Of a stretch of DNA of 38,381 bases, positions 27,015-35,589 are shown piece by piece (positions within the stretch are counted from its first letter, which is position 1; every line of letters begins with the position of its first letter). Source of the stretch: a virus (taxonomy: Duplodnaviria > Heunggongvirae > Uroviricota > Caudoviricetes); IMG/VR virus record IMGVR_UViG_2909303794_000008; one strand, given 5' to 3'. Both the position numbers and the translations under genes were made by a program. The notes beneath the pieces were generated by a model. The model had not been told where the DNA came from, made no database searches, and worked only from the letters and a program-made list of their open reading frames with translations.

Positions 27015-28907
27015 TTAATCAGTTCCCTCAGTAAAGAATTTGATTGCGCTAGTTAGTACATAGTCAATAAAAAACTTTACGTGAAAAACCTGAAAGGAGT
27101 TATTGGCTGCGTTTTGAGTGAAATCTACAGCTATCTCTTTTAGGTTAATCAACCAGTTGTATTCTTCGGTCAGTCTGGTTCTAGCATCCCCATCAGAATA
27201 ACGATTCCGCAAGCTAAATGCCAGTTTCCTCATGAGGACTGGGTCAAGTTTCCTATAGCTTTCAATGAAAACTTCAGGAGGAACCAAGTGTAAAAAAGGC
27301 ACGTTATGAAGATTTAACTGCCTATTATTAGAATGACTCAATTCAGATACAAACGATAAGTTTCCCCTTTGCAACTCATCGCTGAACTGCAACGCAAATT
27401 CCGGAATTGATTCATCAAACCGTTTCTTCTTCGCTATCTCAATATGCTCAATAATGAGTTTGAATTCATCGCTATCCCTGTCAAGAAAACCAAAGCCACG
27501 CCATGCCCTTAATTCGTTATAATGCGTTTGCGCATATTCCTTATGTATATCTTCAGCTCTAAGTCTATTATAATAATTATTTATATTCTGTTTTGTCTCA
27601 TTTATGAGATCATGAACATCATCTGTTGTTAGACCTTCTTTCGCCATGTCCAGCAAAATACTCGCGGTCATCAGGAGTTCACCTAAGGAAGTGATCTTAC
27701 CTGAAAATAGATTATCCTTGGCAATGGCGTACTGCTCATTAAGCATAGTTTCATTAAGTTCTCGATAGTTCCACAAATACTCCCATGCTTGGGCATCGGT
27801 GCTTCTAAAAAATCGCGTAATATCCAACTGAGCGAGAAGTTCACTCGTTACCTTTCCATCACAGATTAGCTCCCTCCAGTACGCACCATCCAGTAACTTC
27901 TCGGTTAATACAGGAGATGAATATTTCTCGACGATCATGTCATACTTAGTTTTGGTACGCTCTTTACCTAAAAACATACCATAATTAACATTGCTGATTG
28001 AATCGAAATCCTCGTAGTTAAGGTTCCCTCCCCGGTACTCTATCGAGAAAATTAACAACTGCTGGAAAAATACCCTCATAAAATCGTCGTTGCTGACATA
28101 TTTATTTCCCAAAAGGGAAATGATGCGTTGTACATCAAGAAAGAACTGCCTCAAGTGTCTTAGATTATTATATTTCGCCGACACATAGATGTCTTCTATG
28201 GCCTGCATATCTTCTTTAAATATATTAGCAACGTGTAAACTGCTAATTACGCCCAAAAAAACATTACAAGCACTATGTAAATCTGACGTTACTTCAAATG
28301 TTTTACCAACAAGCTTTTCTTTTGTTCTCATGTATTCGCTGCTAGATTTCTCGTCATCATTATTTATTCGCTTTTCTCTATTGATTATTTCTTCTTCATT
28401 GGCAACCAAGATCGCTTTGTATCCGTTTACTTCTACAAAGTGGTTTATATATCCAAATAAAATTGGTAAATCTATACCAGCTCTCTCGATATCATCAAAG
28501 ACCAGCACAAAACCATCTGGTTTTCTACTAAAATCGTTAAGATTAATGGTGGGAACATTGGTATTGACATCAACGTCAGATTTATTATCGCCATTGAGAT
28601 CGATCTTGAAAGTAGCCTTAAGCGTATTTTTTAGTACATTTGCACCAAAGATAAGGGCTTTGTTTGATAGGACAGGATGAAGTTGACGATAGAACTCATC
28701 TTCAATCTGCTTAATAGAGTTGACGCCATACAAACTCACTTTTAGAAATTTAAACTCTGAATTCTTCTGCTTATATTCTTCAAGAACTTGTTCAATGAAC
28801 CAAGTTTTACCTGATCCCCAAGCACCTTTAAGCATAATGGCGTATTGAGGTTCAGTTGTAAGGCTAAGGTAATATTCTATATAGTCTTTGATGTACGTAT
28901 TGTTCAT
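27015..28907 (-). CDS. KAP-family P-loop NTPase
   Basis: Walker A GAWGSGKT near the N-terminus and Walker B-like VLVFDDIER about 100 aa later; start set to ATG 28907 (the track start 28958 is TTG); AT-rich. Confidence 0.7.
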   Translation of the reverse strand: MNNTYIKDYIEYYLSLTTEPQYAIMLKGAWGSGKTWFIEQVLEEYKQKNSEFKFLKVSLYGVNSIKQIEDEFYRQLHPVLSNKALIFGANVLKNTLKATFKIDLNGDNKSDVDVNTNVPTINLNDFSRKPDGFVLVFDDIERAGIDLPILFGYINHFVEVNGYKAILVANEEEIINREKRINNDDEKSSSEYMRTKEKLVGKTFEVTSDLHSACNVFLGVISSLHVANIFKEDMQAIEDIYVSAKYNNLRHLRQFFLDVQRIISLLGNKYVSNDDFMRVFFQQLLIFSIEYRGGNLNYEDFDSISNVNYGMFLGKERTKTKYDMIVEKYSSPVLTEKLLDGAYWRELICDGKVTSELLAQLDITRFFRSTDAQAWEYLWNYRELNETMLNEQYAIAKDNLFSGKITSLGELLMTASILLDMAKEGLTTDDVHDLINETKQNINNYYNRLRAEDIHKEYAQTHYNELRAWRGFGFLDRDSDEFKLIIEHIEIAKKKRFDESIPEFALQFSDELQRGNLSFVSELSHSNNRQLNLHNVPFLHLVPPEVFIESYRKLDPVLMRKLAFSLRNRYSDGDARTRLTEEYNWLINLKEIAVDFTQNAANNSFQVFHVKFFIDYVLTSAIKFFTEGTD

Positions 28908-29221
28908 TTTTAGTCCATTTTGATAAAATACATAAACATAGATGGTAAGTAGAGCCAAAGGCCAACTATGGAAAATTCAATCGGTAGTGTACATTGTAAG
29001 GTTATTATTAGTAAATTTTATAGAAATGCCCATAATCTTACAAAATTCAGATTATCCGTTGCGAATTAGTCTGCCATTCGTTAATTAACGAAAGTTAGCA
29101 GAAGAAACGTTTGCATCTTGCACAAAGCAGACGATCATTTATCAAAATGACCTTACACCTTATTTCACTCGTTGCCCAAACTAGCCCCCATCAGAATGAA
29201 TCCTCCTGGGGGCAACGTTTC

Positions 29222-29455
29222 TTAATGCAGCCAGCTGTCGTCTTCCCACACCTTCTGCATAATTTTCATCACTTGTTTTCTTTCTTCGTCCAGTTGCAGT
29301 CCGGTCAGTTCCACACCGTTAGAGCTACCTTTGCGGATACGAATTACCGTTTTGGGATACAGGGGGCGCAGATTGCGGTAAAGCTCGGATTCAAGGGCGT
29401 CCAGTGTAGACTGGCTAATCTTCTGCTCTTTATCGATCATTATTTCAATGCGCAT
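29222..29455 (-). CDS. dinI: DinI-family protein
   Basis: 77 aa starting MRIEIMIDK and ending WEDDSWLH, resembling DinI; GAGGTG SD; the track ORF is longer through an upstream in-frame extension. Confidence 0.7.
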   Translation of the reverse strand: MRIEIMIDKEQKISQSTLDALESELYRNLRPLYPKTVIRIRKGSSNGVELTGLQLDEERKQVMKIMQKVWEDDSWLH

Positions 29456-29465
29456 AAAAGTCACC

Positions 29466-29654
29466 TCAGCTGATGACATCCATTGAGCGGTTGTATTCGT
29501 GGCTTCTGATTTTTGCCATGAGTTCATCAGTCAATTCAGAAACCCACTGCAGAGCCAGCCCCTTCTCTTCATCACTACACTCACTAGCCGCTACAAGCTT
29601 AAGAAAAAAATCAATGCGCTGGAGCTTCAAAGACTCCAAAAAATAGTCCTGCAT
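29466..29654 (-). CDS. small SOS-regulated protein (possible Tum-like antirepressor)
   Basis: 62 aa, ATG at 29654 with GGAGG SD, about 40 bp downstream of a LexA box; function inferred only from context. Confidence 0.4.
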   Translation of the reverse strand: MQDYFLESLKLQRIDFFLKLVAASECSDEEKGLALQWVSELTDELMAKIRSHEYNRSMDVIS

Positions 29655-29695
29655 CTTTCCTCCTATGACACCACACGCAATGCTGTACGCATAAC

Positions 29696-29715
29696 CACTG
29701 TTTATATTTACAGTA
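29696..29715. promoter_or_regulatory. LexA operator (SOS box)
   Basis: CACTGTTTATATTTACAGTA = CTGT-N8-ACAG with an AT-rich spacer, 19/20 to the consensus TACTGTATATATATACAGTA. Confidence 0.75.
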
Positions 29716-29807
29716 TATAATAATCTTACTGATGTAAAACGTTTTTTTACGCTTATCAGCCTGATATGCCTGGTATTATTAAGAGCACGAATTGTTAGCC
29801 AGCGTAA

Positions 29808-32222
29808 TTAATACAGGTTCCGCCACTTATCATCTTCCTGCAAACGCTGGTTCCAATAGAAGATACGCAGGCCTGCTCCTGACGGAATACTGCCGCCGCG
29901 AAGGAGTAAATCGACCTCTTTCTCGCTGCCATCAAATCCTCTGGATTTCAGTTCATAGACGAGCTGCTGTCGTTGATGGTCTGTAATTCGCTGTTTGTAG
30001 TCTCTACGTCGTTTCGGTTTCACCAGACGTAACCTTGCAGCCAGTTCCCGGCGCTCCTTTTTGTTCATACTGTGCAGGTAATCGTGCAACTCCTTGTCAT
30101 CCATGCGGGTAAAGTCCGTTCTGGGGTCCCCATCAGCTGATTTATCTTTCTCCTGTTGGTTCAAATTTTCAGCAAGGGGACAGTTATTGCCACGAGTCCA
30201 AGGGGCGCAAGCGCCCTGGTCGGCTGCCGCCTCCTGAACATCAACGGCCTTACGAACCATTTTCCACTTCACGGCATGAGTGCAGATCTTGCCCTCTGCA
30301 ATAGGTGACCAGATGCCATAAATACGAATGCCGTGATCGCCATAGGCGGTCGGCTCTTCGTTGATTTCATAAGCGGTTCTGATGAGGTGATATTTGCGGG
30401 GAACCAGTACGCCGCCCTGCTTCATGATGTAGGTGGCAAAACAACCAGCATCAGCAGCAGCCAGGATGGCATCAAGGCGTGGGTTATCCAGTACCGGCGC
30501 ACCTGCTTTTTTGTCCCCCTGTTGCCTTGCCGCCTGACCAGCCAGCAATCGCAGTTCACGGTAAGCCTGACGCCCCGGAATGCCAAAGAAGCGGAATTGC
30601 TGAACACGATGCAGAGACGCCCAGGCATTAACGTATTCAGCATTATCACGCAGGGATTTCCCCGTTTCCTTGCTGATCTCGCCAGCCAGACCACGCCCGT
30701 CAATGTTCTTACTGATGTATTTCGCGATGTAGCTTGTTGGCGTTCCTTTGCGCGGGTTAATCAACTCAGACTTAAAGCGCGGCCCAGTGTTATTGCCCAG
30801 CTCCTCGCGGTCTTCACGGATGGCAAACTTACGCAGTAATGCAGTGATGGCACGGCGGTCTTTTTTGCGCATGAAACACAACAGGTGCCAGTGAACTGTG
30901 CCGTCATGATGCGGCTCAGCCACCCGCACGCCATACCAGCGCAACCCGGCTTTGTGCATCGCCTTACGAAATGCAGCAAACATGCCGACCAGATAATCGC
31001 TGCTTTGTCTTACCGTCGCGTTTGTCCAGGTCGGGTTTGGTCTGCCGTTATTGAGCGTGGAATGGAAACGTGACGGACAGGTGATGGTGTAGAAAACGGC
31101 GCAGTCACCGCGCATTTCCGCGATAAGCTCCAGACCTTTAACACAGGCCATCATCTCATTGCGGCGATGCGCCGGGTTGCTGCTGCTGGCGTTTACCACA
31201 TCCTCCATGTCCAGCGTGTCGCCGTCTTCGTTCACCAGTTCATGAGAACGGAAAAACTCCAGCGACTTACGGCGCTGCTCACGTTTATGCATCACGGCTT
31301 CATAGCTGACATAGGGAGATGCTTTTTTGCTGACCAGGCAGACAGCACGCAACTGCTCTTCCCGCCATTCGCAACGCATCTTCCATAATTTCCGATACCA
31401 CCAGTCGGCGCACAACATACGCGCCAGCGAACCCGGAATGAGTTCATAGGGCACGGGTTTACGGCGGTTTCTTTTCCGACGGAGTTGCTCAAACGCAGGA
31501 GGGATTACATCCAGACGCAGGGTTTCCGCTGCCACCTTTTCCCATGTCTTGCGGATTTCTTCTGGCTTAACGTCATCGGTGGCATACAAATCACCACAAG
31601 CTGCATCAAGGCACATGCTCATATGCGCGGCAACAAGGGTAGACAGGCGCTTCACCTGATCCTGACTCATTTCAGGCAGGATCAGCAGGCCGTCCAGCCC
31701 TTCATGGCTTGCCATAAAGCGAAAAGAAGTGGATAGCTGACTCTCGCGTACATGCTCCAGTCGTTCCAGACATGGCTTAATCGTCTCACGCAAATAGCGG
31801 GAATAAGCCTTTGGCCTGCCCAGGCTGCTGAAGTATTCAATACGTTGCATCAGCGGCTTGCTGATATGGGAAGGCTGGGCGTTGACGTCCGCCAGAATGA
31901 CCATATCCGGATTAAAACGCTGCTGCTCATGCGCCAGCTTTGCCCGACTAATGAGCTTATCCTGCTCGATTTCGCGCTGGACAGGATCACGGGATTCATT
32001 AAAGAAATAACGCTCCCAGACCTGATCACTCAGCGCCTCACGGCGCAGCTGTTCCTGCTCGTTATCGGCAGCGTACAGAGTGATCAGGTTTGAAAGCGCA
32101 GAAACCGGCGCAACTTCCGCCGGGTCCAGATAAGGGTTAATGGCCTTTTTCGGGCTGCTCCATGAGAATGCTGCTGCGACCTCGTTAAAGCCGCTGCAGT
32201 TGTTCATATCAGCATGGCTCAT
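29808..32222 (-). CDS. A: replication initiation endonuclease A (rolling-circle Rep)
   Basis: 804 aa; HWH metal-binding motif and YIAKYISKN tyrosine motif; ATGA overlap with dam. Confidence 0.9.
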   Translation of the reverse strand: MSHADMNNCSGFNEVAAAFSWSSPKKAINPYLDPAEVAPVSALSNLITLYAADNEQEQLRREALSDQVWERYFFNESRDPVQREIEQDKLISRAKLAHEQQRFNPDMVILADVNAQPSHISKPLMQRIEYFSSLGRPKAYSRYLRETIKPCLERLEHVRESQLSTSFRFMASHEGLDGLLILPEMSQDQVKRLSTLVAAHMSMCLDAACGDLYATDDVKPEEIRKTWEKVAAETLRLDVIPPAFEQLRRKRNRRKPVPYELIPGSLARMLCADWWYRKLWKMRCEWREEQLRAVCLVSKKASPYVSYEAVMHKREQRRKSLEFFRSHELVNEDGDTLDMEDVVNASSSNPAHRRNEMMACVKGLELIAEMRGDCAVFYTITCPSRFHSTLNNGRPNPTWTNATVRQSSDYLVGMFAAFRKAMHKAGLRWYGVRVAEPHHDGTVHWHLLCFMRKKDRRAITALLRKFAIREDREELGNNTGPRFKSELINPRKGTPTSYIAKYISKNIDGRGLAGEISKETGKSLRDNAEYVNAWASLHRVQQFRFFGIPGRQAYRELRLLAGQAARQQGDKKAGAPVLDNPRLDAILAAADAGCFATYIMKQGGVLVPRKYHLIRTAYEINEEPTAYGDHGIRIYGIWSPIAEGKICTHAVKWKMVRKAVDVQEAAADQGACAPWTRGNNCPLAENLNQQEKDKSADGDPRTDFTRMDDKELHDYLHSMNKKERRELAARLRLVKPKRRRDYKQRITDHQRQQLVYELKSRGFDGSEKEVDLLLRGGSIPSGAGLRIFYWNQRLQEDDKWRNLY

Positions 32223-33076
32223 GCACGCACTCCGTACACGGCAGAACTATCCACGCCACGCGAAGGATCAAATCCCACCCAGCAGCGCGGCCCGGAAACA
32301 GCGATGATTTCTGTTGCTGATTTACACTCGCCAGCTGCCACACCGATGCTGCGTTTTACCTTGATATAGTGGTGAGTAAAATTGCGATACAGCGAACGAA
32401 TCAGGGATGTGTCACTGTTAGAAACAATGACCGGATGTCCTTCAGATGATCGATGTTCAAGAACGGATGCCAGGTGATACTGGTCATCTTCAGTGAAACC
32501 ATCAGTGTGATAGCCGGAAAACGTACCGTCATAAGGCGGATCGCAATACACCACATCCCCCGCCTTCAACATCGCCAGCGTTTCATCAAAGCTGGCGCAG
32601 ATAAACGTTGCCCGCTGGGCTTTTTCTGCAAATGCGCGAATTTCTTTTTCAGGGAAATACGGTTTTTTATAATTCCCGTAGGGAATGTTGAAATGTCCGC
32701 TCTTGTTATAACGACATAACCCACGGTAACCGTGACGATTGAGATACAGGAAATATACTGCTTTCATGAAATCAGTAATTTCAGATGAGTAATTAAACTC
32801 CTGCCTTATGTTGTAATAAGCCACCTCCCTGTTTGCTTCCTCAAATAAGACTCTGGCACGAGATATAAATGATTCGCAATCAGCGGCAATCTTTTTATAG
32901 AGGTTGATTAAATCAGGATTAATATCAGCAACCAGATAGCTGGGGTAATCCGTCGCCATCATCACAGCACAGGAACCCGCGAAAGGTTCAACCAGTCGCG
33001 GGCCAGCAGGAAGGTGTTTTTTCAGTTCGGACATAATGGCGGTTTTATTACCCGCCCATTTCAGGATGGTGCTCAT
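32219..33076 (-). CDS. dam: DNA adenine methyltransferase (Dam-like, GATC type)
   Basis: LKWAGNK, EPFAGS (motif I) and DPPY (motif IV); start set to ATG 33076 (ATGA overlap with the upstream gene). Confidence 0.85.
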   Translation of the reverse strand: MSTILKWAGNKTAIMSELKKHLPAGPRLVEPFAGSCAVMMATDYPSYLVADINPDLINLYKKIAADCESFISRARVLFEEANREVAYYNIRQEFNYSSEITDFMKAVYFLYLNRHGYRGLCRYNKSGHFNIPYGNYKKPYFPEKEIRAFAEKAQRATFICASFDETLAMLKAGDVVYCDPPYDGTFSGYHTDGFTEDDQYHLASVLEHRSSEGHPVIVSNSDTSLIRSLYRNFTHHYIKVKRSIGVAAGECKSATEIIAVSGPRCWVGFDPSRGVDSSAVYGVRA

Positions 33077-33300
33077 ACAGCACCTCCGTTGTAATGTTTG
33101 CCTTTCAGCTCTGCGATTTCCTGGCAGGTAATGCAAAGCTGCACTCCCGGAATGGCGCGGCGTCGTGCTGGCGGAATTGGCGCTTCACATTCAATACAAA
33201 GCACGCGAGACACGCCCGGTGTTTTGGCACGGGCAGCACGAATATGGCGCTGGCGTTCTTCTTCAACGCGCTGCTGTACGAGATCCATTGCATCAGCCAT
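33073..33300 (-). CDS. TraR/DksA-family C4 zinc-finger protein
   Basis: 75 aa; CIECEAPIPPARRRAIPGVQLCITCQ. Confidence 0.6.
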   Translation of the reverse strand: MADAMDLVQQRVEEERQRHIRAARAKTPGVSRVLCIECEAPIPPARRRAIPGVQLCITCQEIAELKGKHYNGGAV

Positions 33301-33539
33301 TAGTGGATCTCCTGCGCTTCGTTCTGGATTGCTTCAGCAGTTACACGCAGCAGTTCTGCCGCTTCGACGTGGTTTAGCTGGCGGGATGTGATATGACACG
33401 CCAGGCTATCAAGGCGAGCTGCCATTGCTTCAGCCCTTGCCCGGCGTTCTTCTAGACGAGCCTCTGTCAGTAAAATATTAAGCCCTGCGTCATCCGGTCC
33501 GGTTTTAGTCGTGAGGATTTCAATATTACGCATAATCAA
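33300..33539 (-). CDS. hypothetical early-region protein
   Basis: 79-aa ORF in the B-A interval of the early operon. Confidence 0.4.
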   Translation of the reverse strand: MIMRNIEILTTKTGPDDAGLNILLTEARLEERRARAEAMAARLDSLACHITSRQLNHVEAAELLRVTAEAIQNEAQEIH

Positions 33540-33600
33540 TTCTCCTGAATTTAGATAAAGGGATGCCCGGCGGGTTTACGCCATTAATTTCATTAGTTGG

Positions 33601-33942
33601 TTAATTCGGCATGGTTAGCCGTCTGGGAAATAAGCTCACCACCGCACGAAAATGATTCATTGCTTTAATCAGCTCCCGCTTTTCGTCAGTGGTCAGCTCA
33701 TTAATGCTGATGCTATGACGTTCAGCTGGAATTTTTGCCATAAAGAATATAGCAGCCAGTGCCCGTTTATTTTGTTCATTATTGATATCCCGTGGATCAC
33801 GCATATCTTTAATAAACCGCTCAAGCTCTGACTCAATATTCAAACCAAAAACTTTCGCCCTTAACTCCGCAATATGATTAAGTCCATTCAGGCGTTCACC
33901 GGGTCTTAATGGAACAGTCGCCGCAGCGCCTTCAATAGCCAT
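33601..33942 (-). CDS. hypothetical early-region protein
   Basis: ORF with start tentatively at internal Met; overlaps the upstream gene by ~37 nt. Confidence 0.35.
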   Translation of the reverse strand: MAIEGAAATVPLRPGERLNGLNHIAELRAKVFGLNIESELERFIKDMRDPRDINNEQNKRALAAIFFMAKIPAERHSISINELTTDEKRELIKAMNHFRAVVSLFPRRLTMPN

Positions 33943-34106
33943 TTGTTCCCCCATTTTTTCGTAGATAGTTCTGCCAGCAATTCATCTTGTGAACGGCACG
34001 GATGCCAGCGTTTACCATCCTCACCCATGATCCAGCCGTGACCGTAGTGCATTGCCGGACTTTGTTTTACCAGCAGCGATGCAAATGATGGTTCTTTCGT
34101 CAGCAT
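33906..34106 (-). CDS. hypothetical early-region protein
   Basis: 66 aa from internal Met (MLTKEPSF), placed after the B stop. Confidence 0.4.
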   Translation of the reverse strand: MLTKEPSFASLLVKQSPAMHYGHGWIMGEDGKRWHPCRSQDELLAELSTKKWGNKWLLKALRRLFH

Positions 34107-34113
34107 AAGCACC

Positions 34114-34623
34114 TCACAGCAAACCGAATGAAGCACCGAGGCCAGTCACGGTATCAACTGCACTCGCCATCGCAGGATTAGCCTGTAAACGGGCCTGCAA
34201 TGAAACAGCGGCCAGCGCCATCAGTCGTGTTACAGAGTTAATGCTGCTGATAGCATCACGACGACCTGCACTGGTTTTTACATCGCCAGATACCGCACCT
34301 GCAGCAACACGCCCGATCTCTGCGGTTGCACTCATGACATAATGCGGCAGTTTCTCTTTTGCCACCTCATTAATCGGTACACATGGCAGGCAGTGAATCT
34401 GTGCCAGAAAGCCATCTACCAGCGTTGAATCTTCAGTCAGATCGGTAAGCAACCAGATTTCTGGTGCGGTTAATAAATGAGGTTGAGCTGGGTTCAGCTT
34501 GTTCCGCAGAATCTGTACATTCATGCCTGCACGTTCTGCCAGTCGCACCAGGTTGTGGCGCAGTGCGAATGCACGACAGGCTTCGTCAAAATGTGGATGT
34601 TTGGAAACTTGGTAATCAAACAT
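34114..34623 (-). CDS. B: replication protein B (helicase-loader-like)
   Basis: start set to [12 protein letters not shown], giving 169 aa; P2 gpB-like. Confidence 0.8.
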   Translation of the reverse strand: MFDYQVSKHPHFDEACRAFALRHNLVRLAERAGMNVQILRNKLNPAQPHLLTAPEIWLLTDLTEDSTLVDGFLAQIHCLPCVPINEVAKEKLPHYVMSATAEIGRVAAGAVSGDVKTSAGRRDAISSINSVTRLMALAAVSLQARLQANPAMASAVDTVTGLGASFGLL

Positions 34624-34655
34624 AGTCGACACCCCTGATGTATCCCAAAATGGAA

Positions 34656-34877
34656 CTAGTTGAATACAACATTGCAATCAGTAAGTGCATCAACGGTAAG
34701 AGCAGCAAGGTTGATCATTACCTTTTCTCTTTTCTTGTCTTTCCGAAGGCGATGGCGAGGGATGCGACCATCAGCCAGCATATCGTTGATGGTGTCGATA
34801 GAAAGACCAGTAAGTTCGCTATAACGCTCAATTGTGACGTGTGGCGTATTCAGAGTTATTGAAATGTTAGGGGTCAT
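34656..34877 (-). CDS. Apl/Cox-like excisionase/early regulator
   Basis: 73 aa from ATG 34877 with AGGAGA SD; first gene of the early operon, divergent from cI. Confidence 0.5.
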   Translation of the reverse strand: MTPNISITLNTPHVTIERYSELTGLSIDTINDMLADGRIPRHRLRKDKKREKVMINLAALTVDALTDCNVVFN

Positions 34878-34972
34878 GATGCAACATCTCCTATTGGCTT
34901 GTGGTGAGCCTGTAGTAATCGTGACAAGTACCCAAACGGGGACAAAATTGATACTAGGATCGCAAAAGAGAT

Positions 34973-35569
34973 ATGTCAACATCAAAGTACCCAAATGAGA
35001 TCAAAATAAATCCCAATAAAGGTGGTAAGGCTGCGATTGAGCGATTAGTCGAAGCTTATGGCTTTACGACACGACAGGCTTTAGCTGATCACTTGGAAGT
35101 ATCAAAAAGCACTCTGGCGAACAGGTATTTGCGGGATACGTTTCCTGCAGACTGGATAATCCAATGTGCTCTTGAAACAGGAACCTCACTGAAATGGTTA
35201 ACCACCGGGCAAGGCCTTAAGCAAAGCTCGCTGACAGCAGCTACAGAAGAGCTTGCCAAGTTTCGCCTTACCGCAGGCAAAATGATTGAAGATGGTTCAT
35301 ATGTCTTCGATTCATCATTTCTTCCTGCAAATCTTTCATCACCAATTGTTATTCAGGATGGGCTCGTCACATACATTTGTGATCAAAAATTTTCTGAAGT
35401 ACTTGATGGGCACTGGTTAATCAACATCGACGGAACCTATTCCATTCGAAAAATCACAAAGCTTCCAAAAGGTATGATTAAAATTACAAGTACAGAGAAT
35501 AGCTTTGAATGTGCATTTTCTGATATTGAAGTAGTTGCTTGTATAAGAAGTACAATAGTTTCAAATTAA
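34973..35569 (+). CDS. cI: CI immunity repressor (phage 186 CI type)
   Basis: 198 aa; N-terminal EAYGF...LANRY...CALETG...WL.TG and C-terminal WLINIDGTYSIRKITKLP resemble 186 CI. Confidence 0.8.
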   Translation: MSTSKYPNEIKINPNKGGKAAIERLVEAYGFTTRQALADHLEVSKSTLANRYLRDTFPADWIIQCALETGTSLKWLTTGQGLKQSSLTAATEELAKFRLTAGKMIEDGSYVFDSSFLPANLSSPIVIQDGLVTYICDQKFSEVLDGHWLINIDGTYSIRKITKLPKGMIKITSTENSFECAFSDIEVVACIRSTIVSN

Positions 35570-35589
35570 TATAGTAAAAGGATTTAAAA

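Noticed and set aside
28189-28680. 163-aa plus-strand ORF
   Set aside because: Antisense within the KAP NTPase gene; Ser/Leu-rich AT-frame artefact.
29176-29216. Hairpin gcccccA...Tgggggc downstream of the DinI-like gene
   Set aside because: Plausible terminator, but line-position anchoring in this stretch was inconsistent by 1-2 nt and the U-tract is weak, so it is not listed as a feature.
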